DNA of 64,000 nucleotides from positions 496,001 through 560,000 of the forward strand of contig JAKMXF010000299.1 in NCBI GenBank assembly GCA_024704765.1. Reading direction: 5' to 3'. The stretch comes from Oopsacas minuta (Eukaryota > Animalia > Porifera). Position 1 is the stretch's first letter. The number at the start of each line of letters is the position of its first letter. This document shows positions 33,973 through 48,100 of the stretch, piece by piece. The notes below the pieces were generated by a model. The model saw only the letters and a program-made list of their open reading frames with translations. It was not told the DNA's origin and ran no database searches. The position numbers and the translations under genes are program-made.

Positions 33973-34760
33973 ATCGGATTAGAACATTGGTAATTATGAT
34001 ATTCATGAGTTTGATATAGATTTTGTAGATCAGTATATATTAACGTGCGTTCTATACGTAGATATCAGCATTATTCTTTAGGATTTTATTGTACGTATAT
34101 GCTCTATTATTAATTTTGATATCTAAAATTACAATATGGCCGGCTGCATAGTACATAAATTGTGAATATGGTAATATTAATTGGAACACTATAAATGTGA
34201 AATTTTACCGCAAATCACAAAATGCCTCAAATTCCAGGCGCTATCTCATTATATTCAATCTATATTCTATGCTGCCACGCATATTGTAATGTTATGTTTT
34301 GTATTTTCATTTCAGTAAATACTTTGTAATTTATTTGTTACAAATGTGATAGATAGAGTTGTGTGCTACTGAAGATCGTTTTCGCATTTTTCTAGAAGTG
34401 GTTTCGGCGAGCAACCTCTATTTTGTAACCCCCCTTACAAATTACTGGCTACACCACTGTGCCTCAGACGATTATGAAGTACCCGCAAGTCGTGTAGCAC
34501 AACATCATAAGCGTGCTTATAAAATAAATTCAAGTCAACTTTTTTTAATATAGAATATATACCGAAATAATTCAAATGCTAATATAACACACATATAATT
34601 ATTTTCGATAAATATACATATACAAAAATATATAAAAAAGAACTCTGCTAGGGTAGCAATCAGGAATTGAGTTAGACTGAGAGCACCGTGCAACAATTTG
34701 CATACGATTGTGTGATAATAAATTTTCCCATTTCCATATTTGAGATTTAAACAATTGTAA

Positions 34761-35564
34761 TTACGAATATACAGTTAAGGAGATACAAGCAGAAACAATA
34801 TTGAAATTGTCCGTGACAGCAATTCCTGTAGGCAAGCCCATGCAATCAATCTTATAAATTAATTCTTCGTCTTTAGTATAGATTTGTATTGAGTTTCCAT
34901 AAAAATCGCTGATTAAGATGTTATCACACAAATCAAAACAAAAATAAATACCTCCTGTCCCATTTTGTGATTTTATAATACTTTTCATAAATTCTCCTGA
35001 TTCTGAAAATATATGTATATTCTTTATTCGATTGCTATCAGATATGAAAATCTGTTTGAAACGTAATTTGACATCACAAGGTTCATGAAGTTGTTCTCTT
35101 CCTATATCTCTGATAAATATTAACTCTGAAGTAAAAATTGCAATTCTATCATTATATCTATCAGCTGTTAATACTTGTCTGTTTGAGTCTATAGTTAAGC
35201 CATTCGGATAAGAAAGCTCTTCCTCACTCCTAACTATATTTGTAGTTATCTCTGATAATTTAATCAGAGAATCTTGTGCGTAATTACTAATAAATACACA
35301 ATCTTCGTCAAGAGCTATTGAGTGAGGATGTCCTAGCTGACCCTTACCGAATTTAGTTATGAAAATTCCATTTGTTAAGAATACAACAATTTCTTTGTTA
35401 GAGAAATCCACCACGTATATTCTTTCATCATCATCCAATGTTATGCCAAACGGTGATTGATATTCTCCATAACCTGCTCCCAACTTTCCGATTTGTTTTG
35501 GTAGAAGTAATCTCTTCTTATAAGGGTTTGCTGTATCAAGGATATTTGGAAATTCACGTTTCAT
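34761..35564 (-). CDS. NHL-repeat beta-propeller protein
   Basis: Repeated P.GI(T/A)(L/I)D...IYV.D motifs: QSPFGITLDDDERIYVVD, GHPHSIALD, SYPNGLTIDSNRQVLTAD, HEPCDV, LPTGIAVTD. No RING/B-box. Confidence 0.88.
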   Translation of the reverse strand: MKREFPNILDTANPYKKRLLLPKQIGKLGAGYGEYQSPFGITLDDDERIYVVDFSNKEIVVFLTNGIFITKFGKGQLGHPHSIALDEDCVFISNYAQDSLIKLSEITTNIVRSEEELSYPNGLTIDSNRQVLTADRYNDRIAIFTSELIFIRDIGREQLHEPCDVKLRFKQIFISDSNRIKNIHIFSESGEFMKSIIKSQNGTGGIYFCFDLCDNILISDFYGNSIQIYTKDEELIYKIDCMGLPTGIAVTDNFNIVSACISLTVYS

Positions 35565-35895
35565 TTAATATATTTCTAAAAATATAATTATGTTACATGT
35601 AAAGCCTAAAAAAATGTAAATGTTGCAAGCGACTTATTGCATGGAAATATGAACATGCTATATTTTCCTGCAACACATATACATATATCAGTGAATAATT
35701 CAATGTATCCATCAGAGTTAATTATATAACATTCATGTATATGCTTGTACGTACCATATTTCTCGAATTAGCTCTTATCCTCTAAAATTGGATAATCGCG
35801 TCAGAGATTACAATTTGTGTGTTAGTTTCTATCAAACAAACATTATTACATAGGAAACGTGCATTGATTATAAATGGAAATAATAAATATTCTCT

Positions 35896-38634
35896 TTAAT
35901 CTGAATCAGTGTCTGATTGAAGCACTAAGTCTTCAGGAACAGGATATCTATCTAGAACATCAAGCAGGGAGTGTCTTGTCTCCTGAAGAGTATCTAACTC
36001 CAATTTCTGTGCAACTGAGAACAGTTGTAAGTAAGTTTTATTTTGAAACAATTCTACACAGTTATTCACTAGTGTAAATAACCCATTGTGATTCTCTATA
36101 GCAGTGGATACAGGAATCTAAATGAGAAATTAGGGTAGTTTGACTGATATTTACCGACGGCCAAGTTAACAAAAAGAATACGTAGTATATCTGAAAACTA
36201 ATAACACTTTTTGTGTACAACAAAACAACTAATTACTGTCAGCTCTTGATAACTAATAACTATAAAGTCACTGCGGTAGATCTAGAATTTTTCACAGTAA
36301 ACTCCTGTTATATCGAACATAGATATGTCTAAATACACGCTCACATCGAAGTTATACAAATATGCTCACAAACCGTAAAGTAACATACGTTTCATCGGCT
36401 TATTTCGAACTGTACGTATACTAATACACATTTTGTAAAAATTTTCGCGCGTAAAAAAAGTCCAAGGCTTAATTTATTATCCAAATTTTTGACCAAAAAA
36501 GCTACACTGCCTGTAGCTATACACAAGCATGTACGCTTTGCTCATACCAAGCTCAACTTGTATTGACTAATATTAGGCCATTTAGAGGTATATATTATAT
36601 ATAAATAATACGCATTCATAAACTTATCTATCATGCTAGTATTACAATACTCACACTCTTGACTGGATTAGTTGCTAATCTGGATTCAACAGTATCAGTG
36701 CTAATGTGTGAGGTAATAAACCCATCATGAGTAATATTAGAAGAGAATATATTGGGGAAGGGATATCTTAGAGTGAGCGGAGAGTTAGCAAGCATGGAGA
36801 AGCTATTACAGCCACTATACTTACTCCCGAATTCATGACTGATCAAGTCATTGGGAGAAGTGAATGAGTCATAAGAACTAGTACCTGTGCCAAACAGTTT
36901 ATAAGAGGGAGGTATACCTCTTACAATATTACAAGCTGTTATAGGGGTACAGGAAGCGTGTACAGACGGGGTTAAGCAAGCAGCAGAGATTAGAGGGTGT
37001 AGAGAGAGGGAGTGTAACAGAGTGGATTCTCTCAGGAGAGGGAAAGGAAGTAGGGTGGATAGGGAAGTCAGTTTACGTCCTGAAGCAGTTAAGATAGAAG
37101 TGTAATCCTGCATATCTAATCCGGATTCTGGGATACGATAAATGAGAGAAGCAGTGTCAATAGCCGCAGCTAGCACAGATGCTGTGTGGTAGGAATTGGA
37201 CTGGTGGTGTAGGAAGGGGAGAGGAAGTTGAGAGTTTGAGAGAGGTGTCAGCATAGAAGCATGTTCTAACCAATCAGAGAGGTTGAGAGCTAAAGTGAGG
37301 TGAGGTGAAAAGGTGTCGAATGAATCGATAAGAGGGAGGGAGGGAAGGAAGGGAATACAGCACTTCCCTGATTTGTGGTATTCGTCAGAAAGAGAGCTCA
37401 ACAGCTGAGAGGTTAGACTACCGTATCCGTCTGATAGACCTGAGAGCAGCTGAAAACCTGTTAGAAAGATTAGCATTGATAGAAAAGTATAAATCCAATC
37501 AGTGGATTTTAAACTGGATAAGACAGAATCCAGTAGAACCTTTCTAAGTGTCCAGGAATGATTTGTAAGACTACACAGACTGCACCCCACTTCAGAAAAT
37601 ACTTCACTTATGACATTCAAATTTTACGACTATTTTCATTCATTTTAATGAGATTAATGCACGTTAAAAATAAAAGATTTTTATGGTATGTTTGGCTCAG
37701 TTATTACAACCCCATTGAAGTAATGAATTATGGAATTTTATTGTCCATTTTGAAGTTTGATACGTGATTACCTTGTAAATTATCACAATCCTCCACGAAG
37801 AAGTGCAGCTGATTCTCAATCAGCTGGGAGAACTCTGCATTCTGCAAACAAAGAGACCCCATACAGTACGAATTGGAGTGAGGGAACCCAATCTCTACCT
37901 CATTGGGGATGAGGTTAACAGAGCGGGGATGTAATTGTGTCACTAGATAATCACTCCAACTCATAACATCACTAGCAATAGTTGTATCAGATGGAATATA
38001 GCATGCTCCTGTTATTCTCTCTTGATCTGTCACTTCTAAATAATGATAGGATCAGAAGGAAATAATTCAAATAGTATCACAGTGTAACCTCCAGAAACAG
38101 GAGCAGGGAAGCCGACAAATGCTACCCTGTTTCCCCGATGTTGCTAAATTCCCCGTTTGTGGTGGTTGATTTGTATGGGAGTAGGAATTCGCTATATTTA
38201 TTCTTCACTCCGTGTGTGGAGGTTTTACTATAATATAAAGAACATAAGATAAGTTGAAAAATTCACAGATTCTCACCCATAGCTATATCCTCTCCCTCTG
38301 ATGTCTCCTTATTATTTGAGGTAATGTCTCTTTCCACCTTTTCAATTGCTCCATTCCAAGTAACACCTCCCCTAGAACTATCCCCCTTGTACAGGAACCC
38401 CTGCTCCGGGAGGGTACGGAGTGATGATCTGACATCAAACAGCAACAGCCGGGGTGTGTATGTCTCCTCTCCTCTGAATGTGAGACCTTGTCGGAACAAG
38501 ATATCGTTCTCCACCTCCTTTAGCGCGATTTGTTTGGGGTCATATATGAACCCTGCTTCCTGGAGGTTCCACCAGTGTGCTCCTACATGGTTAGCGTACT
38601 CACCCAGCTGGAGAGTAATGATCTCTCTCTGCAT
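35896..38634 (-). CDS. MSTO1: Misato (tubulin/FtsZ-like); exons 38634-38277, 38035-37772, 37457-36655, 36117-35896
   Basis: REIITLQLGEYANHVGAHWWNLQE...TYTPRLLLFD; WSDYL..QLHPRS; FFVEDCDNLQG|FQLL..LSDGYG; C-terminal exon IPVSTAI...LDRY...SD*. All junctions are GT-AG and keep frame. Confidence 0.9.
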
Positions 38635-39509
38635 ATCCGGCAGATCAGTTGATCTAATCTAATTACTTCATTACAAGTATCTATTCTATATTGGTCCATG
38701 TGCTATATGTATTGATCAAAAAGTAACCACATAGCTGAGTATTCGATACAAATAATCTCTATATCCATCCAGCTCTCTGCTGGACTAGTATAATCTGGGA
38801 AACTTGCAGTCAATGAATCTGATATTAATATTTACGCACTTTATGGCTATTAAATAGGACATGAGGATATGATGTGTATGGTCCTTGAATGCATTTGTGC
38901 TGCTGATAAATATACCAATTGAGACTGTTTTCAATTGCAAATATATAATAATTGCAAATTTATATAATTTCGAGACAGATAGTTATAGGTTCTCCAGGAT
39001 ACCACGCACGGATGTATGATGCATGCTCTATGCTAGTGCATAGCATAAATGTACTAAAATTTCCATTTTACCTACAAAAAATGTATCAATATAGAAATGC
39101 AAAATCTAAGAATTAGCCCAGTTTTTGTTAACATTTTTCTAACTGTGGTACACTTATTTCATCAAAAATCTTCAAGGCACACCTGTCTAGGGTGAATTCC
39201 ATTTTAGTATTACTGCGGCGGTGTAACAACTTCTTGAAAGTATTATATTTCTTAGGTAAATATTGATGGTAAAGGAGCAGTTCTAATTTAGCACTTTCAT
39301 ATCAAAAGTGCAACAAACACTTGAAACAGTTCAAATTTCTTAAATGCCAGTTGAGAACCACTGTGCTAGTATATACTCCCATCTACTTAGGCAGCTAACC
39401 GTGAACTAAATGATTGAAGAAACATGACATCTGAAAGATAATAACACAGATAAGAAACCAGAATCTCTGATCAAATAACACAATGAAAATACAAATGTTG
39501 GTCCTTGAT

Positions 39510-41063
39510 TCACTCATCTTTAATTTTGTCATCCTTCTTTCCTCTTCTACAGCAGCAACAATAGCAGAGCCAAATCAGAAATGACAAAATAATAATAGGT
39601 AAGGCTAGTAGAAGCAATAGAGATGAATATACATCAGGACTATCCTGTATATTGCTGTTAAATGACATTCCATCATATCCACGGGATGACAATCTCTCCA
39701 GTATCTCGACTACTTTAGGAGCCCCTCCAGCCTCGCTCATCAGCTGTTTGGCGTTCTCAACACAATCCTTATATATCTGATAATTCTGATCAAGTTCTAA
39801 CAATTTTGAGTACAGAGCTGTCATATCACTAAATTGTATACTACAACCTATTTCCTCCATAACGTTAGAGTTATAAAACTGATCACCCATAAGCGGAAAT
39901 AAAACCATTGGCGTAGTAGTTACTATACTCTCCATAACTGAGCTATAACCACCATGAGAAAGAAATATTTTAACTTGTTCAGTTTTCAAGAGAGCAGTTT
40001 GCGGAGCATACTTCATCAATTTCAAATGTTTCGGTAACCCAGCAATCATTTCTTCTATGTTATTCAATCCTAATATATTAACTAGCTCTAATTGTTGATC
40101 TATCCTCAAGGAAAATATAACTTTATAATCATTTTGATCACAAACCTGTTGATATAGCGAACTTAATTGAGCTGTGTTAAGTCTCACTATGGTACCAAAA
40201 CTTATATAAAGAACAGGTTGTGAAGGAACCTCTCTTAGGAATGTGATATATTCATCACTTAACTCTTCAGAAGCTTTACCAGGAGGGATATAACCAACTA
40301 ACCATCTACCATCAGGGAGTTCTAAAGATGGAGGGACGAGTGGATGATAATTTTGGTAAACAATAGGAAACCGACCAGCGCAATGAATAATACTTTTAGG
40401 ATACATTTCCTCTAAGCCAAGCAATCTTCTTTGAGAGTCAAACGAATTCAAAGCAGGATAAAGCCCTAATATCATGAATCTTTCAAAGAGCATCTCAATT
40501 AGTAATGATGGCAGAGAATTAGATAGAGAAATGTAAGGAAACGGAAGAGGCACTGTTCCTGTGTACTTACAGTCAGGACATTTCTCCCTTACAATAATTC
40601 CGACTTCGTAAGAACTGAACATTAGAGGGATATTGAACTTATCAGCTATGTGAACTGAAGATAGAGTTATAATAGAAGATAAGATTACGTCAATTTTATT
40701 CACATTAAAGTAATCAAGAACATCTTGATGAAGAGTTGTATGACCCCCAATTATTGTTTGTAACCCATTCAACATGTTAAAAGGGCCTTCAAGATTCCTT
40801 TTGATTACTGTTTCATAAACTGGTCCATCATTATGTACTAAATTGACTTGAAATTCACGCAATTTTTCATGACAAGCTCTATTCAAAATACAAGTTACTG
40901 AATGATTTTGATGTAATAACTCACGGATTATTCCGTATTGGCCTGATAAATGGCTAGGGAGGCATGCCATAAAAACAGCAGCATTGAATCCAGAACAAAT
41001 AGAAAATAACGTTAGTAGCCAAGAAAATTTGGCCAATAAACTAATCTTGATACGAGTTACCAT
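39510..41063 (-). CDS. UDP-glycosyltransferase (GT1/UGT), type I membrane protein, intronless
   Basis: Signal peptide, PSH catalytic His, signature APQTALL...FLSHGGYSSVMES...PMVLFPLMGDQFYN, C-terminal TM and Lys-rich tail KKDDKIKDE. Confidence 0.92.
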   Translation of the reverse strand: MVTRIKISLLAKFSWLLTLFSICSGFNAAVFMACLPSHLSGQYGIIRELLHQNHSVTCILNRACHEKLREFQVNLVHNDGPVYETVIKRNLEGPFNMLNGLQTIIGGHTTLHQDVLDYFNVNKIDVILSSIITLSSVHIADKFNIPLMFSSYEVGIIVREKCPDCKYTGTVPLPFPYISLSNSLPSLLIEMLFERFMILGLYPALNSFDSQRRLLGLEEMYPKSIIHCAGRFPIVYQNYHPLVPPSLELPDGRWLVGYIPPGKASEELSDEYITFLREVPSQPVLYISFGTIVRLNTAQLSSLYQQVCDQNDYKVIFSLRIDQQLELVNILGLNNIEEMIAGLPKHLKLMKYAPQTALLKTEQVKIFLSHGGYSSVMESIVTTTPMVLFPLMGDQFYNSNVMEEIGCSIQFSDMTALYSKLLELDQNYQIYKDCVENAKQLMSEAGGAPKVVEILERLSSRGYDGMSFNSNIQDSPDVYSSLLLLLALPIIILSFLIWLCYCCCCRRGKKDDKIKDE

Positions 41064-42106
41064 ATCCAAGCAGAATATTGAGCAAATAATACGTATACAG
41101 GCTAAATATTAAAATTATACAATTAAATTCTGTTATATCGAAACCCAAGGAACTCGGATAAGACGTACGACTTAAGGAAAAAAGAATTAATAAGTACTAA
41201 CCGAAGTACGTCTATCGGATTATTCTTTCCATACAATTAGTATAAGAATTGGTAATCTGTTTTACAAAAAAAAGTACTTCTTAATCCGAGCTTTACTGTA
41301 GGTGAAAATCTAGGATAAATCTACATTTGTTGGTTATAAATTGATACGTAGCCTATTTTAAGCAAGAGCATGGTCATGGCAAGAGAAATTTCTAATATTG
41401 GCTCTTCTACATGGTAGTGAAAACCTTCTCTTTACTCACATAAAAGGTCCTATTATGTGGAAGGAACAGCTTATGAAAATATTGATATTGAAGGACATAT
41501 ATGAAATCTGCATCATAATTAAGAAACTGGTGCTCTGCAGATATATGAACACTTCATGATCCACCTTCAGTCCGTGAACACATTAACTCAATATCATATG
41601 CTTGTTGCATTTACTACATAGCTACCTGCAATACAGGATAAATGGCAAGTGTGCATATCAGCTGAAGTTAGTTGAATGAAGTTTATGGCTCGTGCAATTT
41701 CTGGACTAAGGAATAACAAGAGGTGAACTGTTCTGTCCAAGTGGGTATGTTAGAGCACTAATTAGTTCCCACCCTTAAGAGGCAAGGAGGGTAATTCATT
41801 ACTTAGGATCAGGCTTGGAGCCGATCATCTTCTTTTAACTACAGTAGACTCCGCTTAAACGCTTAATAGGGTCACTTTTGTCAGACCTCTGACTAATGAG
41901 TGATTTGGATGAGGATTGCGATTACAGGAAATGTTGTAATTATACTGACAAGTGTGTTACTTGCCCATTTACTGACACAAAAGATCACACAAAAGCATTC
42001 AACACATCAACAAAATAGCTTAGTACGTATATTCACTCTTTTTATAGAATTAGATAAGTAAACATCAACAACAACTAAGAGCAGAAAAGCAAATCTCAAA
42101 TAGCTA

Positions 42107-45100
42107 TTAGTTAAAACCAGAAGGTGAGTTAATAGCGCTAGTCAGGAGTGGAGTTTTGGGTTCCTCATCCCGAGAATAGTTAGTTGTGAATGTTTGGGCA
42201 TCTGTATCATCATCAACAATTGTATCATGTTTGTTTCCTAGGATGGGAATTGATTTAATGAAGAAACACAGAAATTTTAAATACATAATCTACCAACCAT
42301 CAATAGATGTAGAAGGAAAATTATATCAAAATAATAATGAGAAGCCGGTCAAGCAATACATTATAGTTGACACGAATAGAAATGTTTCAAAACCTCAATA
42401 CTAAGTCATCACACGTATTTTACAATTCTGATGACATTTTGTAATCCACCCACGGTATACCTTCGTATAATAACAAGTTTTTTCTCTAGCTATACGGAAA
42501 GTCGGTCAAATAAAAGATTGAAGTGAACACATTTTTAAATTTGAATTGGTTGCTAACTTCTTCTTCGTCGCCTATGAGTATAATTATAAATATATACCTG
42601 CTTGCCCAAGACGATCATCAGGTGTATCAGGTGTAGCACCTATTGAAAAGCTATTGTGTCTATTATTAGTTACAATATTTCCAGGAGTAGCACCCATTGA
42701 AGGAAGTTGTGAGTCATCATGGAAGGAAGAACTAAATTTAGAATGAACTCCCTCCTCCATTGCCAGTTCAGTAAACTCTCTGATGCTCTTCTTTCTCTGT
42801 TTAAAAGAACGACTTTTCCCTGGCAAACATTTTATCTTCTGCAGTTTGTCATTTGCAGGGTGGAAATGGGATATATGTTCAGCGATACAATGTTCTGGGA
42901 GTTCATTGCGTATTATCTTATCTTGAGTCTTCTTAGATACAGTTTTCTTGTGTCTGGATAGAGAGAAAGTAGATAACATTATAATAAATTAGAATTCCAA
43001 AAAGCATATACAGTAGATTCAAACAATTATCATAGAGCAGGATATAGTCGTTGCCAGATTAGTTCCAATTTGTAAACCCCGAAAATTAAAAGACAAAAAT
43101 TCGTGGTACACTGAATTCTGTAGTTCCGCCCCCATAGAATTTTTGAGACTCTGTACCCCCTACTGTCGTCCGTAGACCATCGAGGGGTCAGTCCTATAAG
43201 CCATGAACTCTCGAGGCCATGATCCATGAAAAGAATTTGACATGGAAATTTGTATCCCAAAAAATTCCTTCTAAATTAACTCAAAAAACTTAATAACATA
43301 AGGAATAATTCAAATTACGTAACCGCAATATAAAATATTCCAGTACATTAAACTGACGTTATAACCAAGTCGGATATAACGAAGTGATTCTACACACTGT
43401 GAAGCTTGAAAGAATTAATTTAACTTCGCTCATAACGAAATAACGATGATAAACCCAGTCGCGAGCACTTCGTTATAACGAGAGTTCACTGAAGTTACTG
43501 TTGAATACAGCAACTTTTGATTAATTAAAAACACATAACTGACTTATGAAAGAAGTGTGGATGTAAATGAATGTCGTGCTTCTCAAATAACAAATGTTTG
43601 TGTCTTCGCCTGACATGTGGGTCTCTTTTAGCACGTGACAAATGCATCAAATGGTAGATATTATCAAACAGATAGCTGTTTCTGTGATGACCAGACTTAT
43701 ATCCTTCTCCCATACTATCCTGAGGGAGGGGAGGTTGATGTCTACTTTCATGAATTACAGAATCAGTTGATACTGGTGCTATGTCGACTGAATCCTTGGT
43801 GTCTTGACATGTCACTTTACGGAAAAAAACTCATTAATTAGTATACGACACAGCTGTGAATACGAATACGATATTATATAATTTGTATGCAATTACAATA
43901 TTTCTTATAGCATCTACAGGTTTGTTATTAACTCACATTTCTTCTTTTTAATGTGCCCATGACGTACACACAAGTCTTCAAGTCCTAAGTTAGCATCTTT
44001 GTGCTGTTTAGCTATAAACCTATGTATAATTTGTTCATCTCTTCCTTCAGGATAACGCTCGAGTACTTTACGTAGATATCTAATTATTGAGGTAACAATG
44101 AATAGTTTGTAATATCGATTGAATTGATATCAGAAATTATGAGCAATTGACTCCATCTAATTCATAATTGTAATATTTACGTTAAATCGTAAATATAAAT
44201 AACCAGGGACTAAGCAGCGTTTTTTTTGTGAATGTCTGAAACTTGCTTCCTCAAGTGTCTGGTAAGGTCCAAACCTACACATTTTACCCTTCGAGTAACA
44301 AAACCTTGCATATGTAAACATACAGGTCAGCAAGAATTTTAGACACACTGACTGAACTGAATTTTGCCCGAGTCCTAGCAGAAAAATACCTGAGGTTTTG
44401 GCCTAAATCTACGAATTTCCAAAACCTACCTGGACCTCAACCAGTACTACTTAACTTCGGTCCAAACGTCCATTCCACTGCCACCACGGCGGCTTGATAG
44501 TCGAAAAACATTACTCTAAGGGTAAAAATAATTTCACACCGTAATAGATCCAGCAGAACCTGGTTAATACATACACCAGGGAAACGTCGAAATTCGTACG
44601 TCTTACCCGGAATTATATATTATAGAAATTCTAATAAATCAGCAAGCAACAAAGTAACTAACCTAGCATCTATTCTCTCCCACCAGTCTCTTACTCTGTG
44701 ATGCCCTATACTCCCTGTAATCTCCTCTATCCCAGACAGAATGTGATCAATAGCAGTCTCATGAACAGTAGTGCTTAGAGATGTTTCCTTATCAGTATCA
44801 AACTTTATATGCAGTAGTTTCATCCAGTATTTAACAGTAGAGCCCTGAACGAATACAGTGAAGAATACAACAGCTAGTGTTGTGGTAACAAAGTGTTTTC
44901 TAGCCAATATCTCATCTCCAGCACATGTTTGTGAGTGTTCATCAAATGATTCCACTTCTGAATAGCTAATAAGAGCGAGACCGAATGCAACTGCACCCCT
45001 CAGTCCACTGTAACTCATTATGAATTGATCCTACACAGAAAGTTAATAATAAATTAATAATATCTCTTACAGTAAACTAGTTAGATAAGTACACCATGGA

Positions 45101-48100
45101 TTATAGGTAACTGTCCTTACATGGAGTATGGTATAATCCAAGTAATTATATGTACATAACTAAGAGATCTCTGTTCATAGAAATAATTCGGACAATAGAA
45201 ATCCAATAATAAATACAGTTAAACACGGATTTATTATAGATATTTCTACGTAAAGAGAAATGGTTAGGTAAAACATGTGTTACAGTGAATTATGTTCCCT
45301 CAAACATTATTCTCTAGGGAATATGGTTCACCAGACAGCTCAAAGTTGAGCTATTAAAATATAAATCCAGACTCGAGAGGAGATTTTCTGAATTTACAAT
45401 TCAACGCAGAGTACCAACGAACCAAGGGCATTTGCGAGACAGAATCCACTGCAAATGAGTACAAGAACGTATAGCTCGGTGCTAGCTACTAGGATTCATA
45501 ATAATCTAATAATAATCTAAGTTAACTAACCTTGAAAGTAATCTTCTTAACTCGATACAAATTAACAAACGTACTAATAGCGAATATCCCACTAACTCTA
45601 AACAGAGTAATACCAACGAGTGTAATTAAAGTCAATCCAACATCCCAATGAGATAGAATCTCCAAATTAGCTGTATATAATCCAATAAATAGAGAGATAA
45701 TAGTCTCACTCACGACAGCAAACATTTTAATACCGTACTTAACAACATTATGAGATTTATGCGATATATTAGCTTCTACGTAATGCTTCATAGTAATGGC
45801 AACAGCAATCATACTAATTATGCCAGATAGCTCAAACAGCTCAGCGGCGAGATACGCGAAATAAGCCATAGCGAATATAAACATCGGCTCCAGCACACGG
45901 ATATGGTCTGTGAAGCGAGTGATGAAACATGTAAGATAGCCTATAACAACACCGATCAATACACCACCAATGTTAACAATAAAGAACTTTAGGAACCCAA
46001 ACAGTATATCATACCATTGGAAAGGTACAGGATCGCGGTCGATGTTACAACCGCTAGCTTCTGATATGTTTAACTCCACCGGATGTTCACCTATCGGATT
46101 CAAAGGAACGTTAGCGAATTCAAGCAGTACATTGAATAGGACTACTGTCACAGCATCGTTAAACAGAGATTCTCCGAATACTAGAATATGAAGTAGCTTG
46201 TTGACGTGTACCTATACATTATAATATTTAAATTTATGTCAAATATCATTATAAGAAACCTGCTTAATCAAAATACAGAAATTGGTACACTCCCTGGCCA
46301 AAAGTATTGGAACACTCTGCCACAATTGACACATGACACAAATATGAATTTACTCTAGTTGTATAAGCTAAAATTAATTTCAAACATCTGTGATCATATT
46401 TCGATCATTACTTTTATCATTACAATCGCCTTTTCTGATATATTTTCAGATTATTCAGAACGTATATTCTCGCAATGTACCATATGCCACATGTGTCATT
46501 AATGGTCTGGTGTTCCAATACTTTTGGCCAGGGAGTGTATACATACATGGTCACAACTAGTCTCTTTTATCGAACTCTGCAAAATATATCGTGAATTCCC
46601 AAGTCAAATATAACTCAATAGGATCAGAGGGAAGGTAGAATTTGACCAAAATTCTACATTCACTGAATTTGACCAAAATTAGCATGGTAGTTTTTAATGA
46701 GGCAATATTCATACTTGCCAGTGACGTCACGGGTTTCCCATCAAATTTAGATCAATTTTCTAACTTCAGAAATTTGGGTTAAAATCAGGGGAATAGGATT
46801 AGCATTTTCCTATGGAAATCCTGTGTGAATCTCATAGAATTTGGATGAGAAAGGGAATCAAAAGTTAATTCATACGGCAACACTAGTTTAATCCTGCTTC
46901 TCAACGAAAGAGTATCGAAATAAAAAAGAGAAATACAAATGAAATAATAATACAAGTATTATTTCAATAAAACTATAACTCACTTCTTCAAACACAACCA
47001 AGACAGCTACAGGATCTACTGCAGATATAAATGTACCAAAGAGAAGCGCACTTGGAATTGTTAGACGAGAACTCACAAGATAAGTATCCATGATAGGGAC
47101 ATGAGAAAATCCATACAGAACAAATCCTAAACCGAAAGCATTCCAAAACGTATTAACAAAGGCTAGGAGAGCAATGGTTAGTGCGTTCTCAAACAGAGCT
47201 CTGTTGTTCATAAAGTATCCTGCCTCTAGGACGATAGGAGGCAGTAGCACCAGGAAGAATAGAGTAGGAGTAAAGCTTATATCCCTTATGTAGTCTGCAT
47301 TGTCAGTCAAATGGCTGATTCCGAGGATCAAGTACCTGTAGAATGTAATGTGTTACATGAGGTATTGTTAGAAGAATGAATAGAAGAATGGAAGTATAGT
47401 GTAAACCACAAAATAGTGCTAAGCTCGCATCAAAAGTTCCTTTTATTGGGATTCTCACTATTGGATCCACACAAAATAAATAATTACGTACTCTTAATCA
47501 ATCTTAAAATAGCATGCTTTGCATTCTCGCTTCACGGCACGAGACATACAGAATAAAAGCTTCTTGGCTGTTATTTAATAAATACTTAACAATTGAAATT
47601 CAAGAATTATTACAATACAGTAAACTCCTGTTATAACTAAGTCAGATATAATGAAACCCCCGTTACAACGAAGTGATTCTTTACCCCCTATGGCTTGAAA
47701 GTAATTGATTTCACTCCGTTTCGAACGAAACATAGTCTATGAGCGAAATGCCAATTATAATGGATACAAGCTTTCCGAGTACTTCTTGATATAATTATCA
47801 TTAGAAAGCACTGTAGATGAATTGTGCAATTAATATCCATGGAAAGTTTTACTACGATGACACTTAACAACATTCTGTTGGTGTGCAGATATATTATACA
47901 TTAGCCTCTTAGAGTAAACTGCTTCATAATGCTCAAGTATTAAAATACAACAAATAGTGTTATAATTGAAAGAATTTATCTAAAAAATCACAGGTCATTT
48001 GGGCCTCACATAGCGTTACTATCATAGCCACGTACGCATCTATAAATACGATTCCAAATTATCGACTACCATATTTTGTTTATTTTAATTGGAATTATTC

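Noticed and set aside
35874-36077. Plus-strand 67-aa ORF with an apparent GTAAGT donor
   Set aside because: It is the antisense shadow of MSTO1 exon 4 (36117-35896), which completes the Misato C-terminus in frame.
41380-41740. Coding-like stretch between UGT and NHE
   Set aside because: It has multiple stops in all frames and no recognisable motif.
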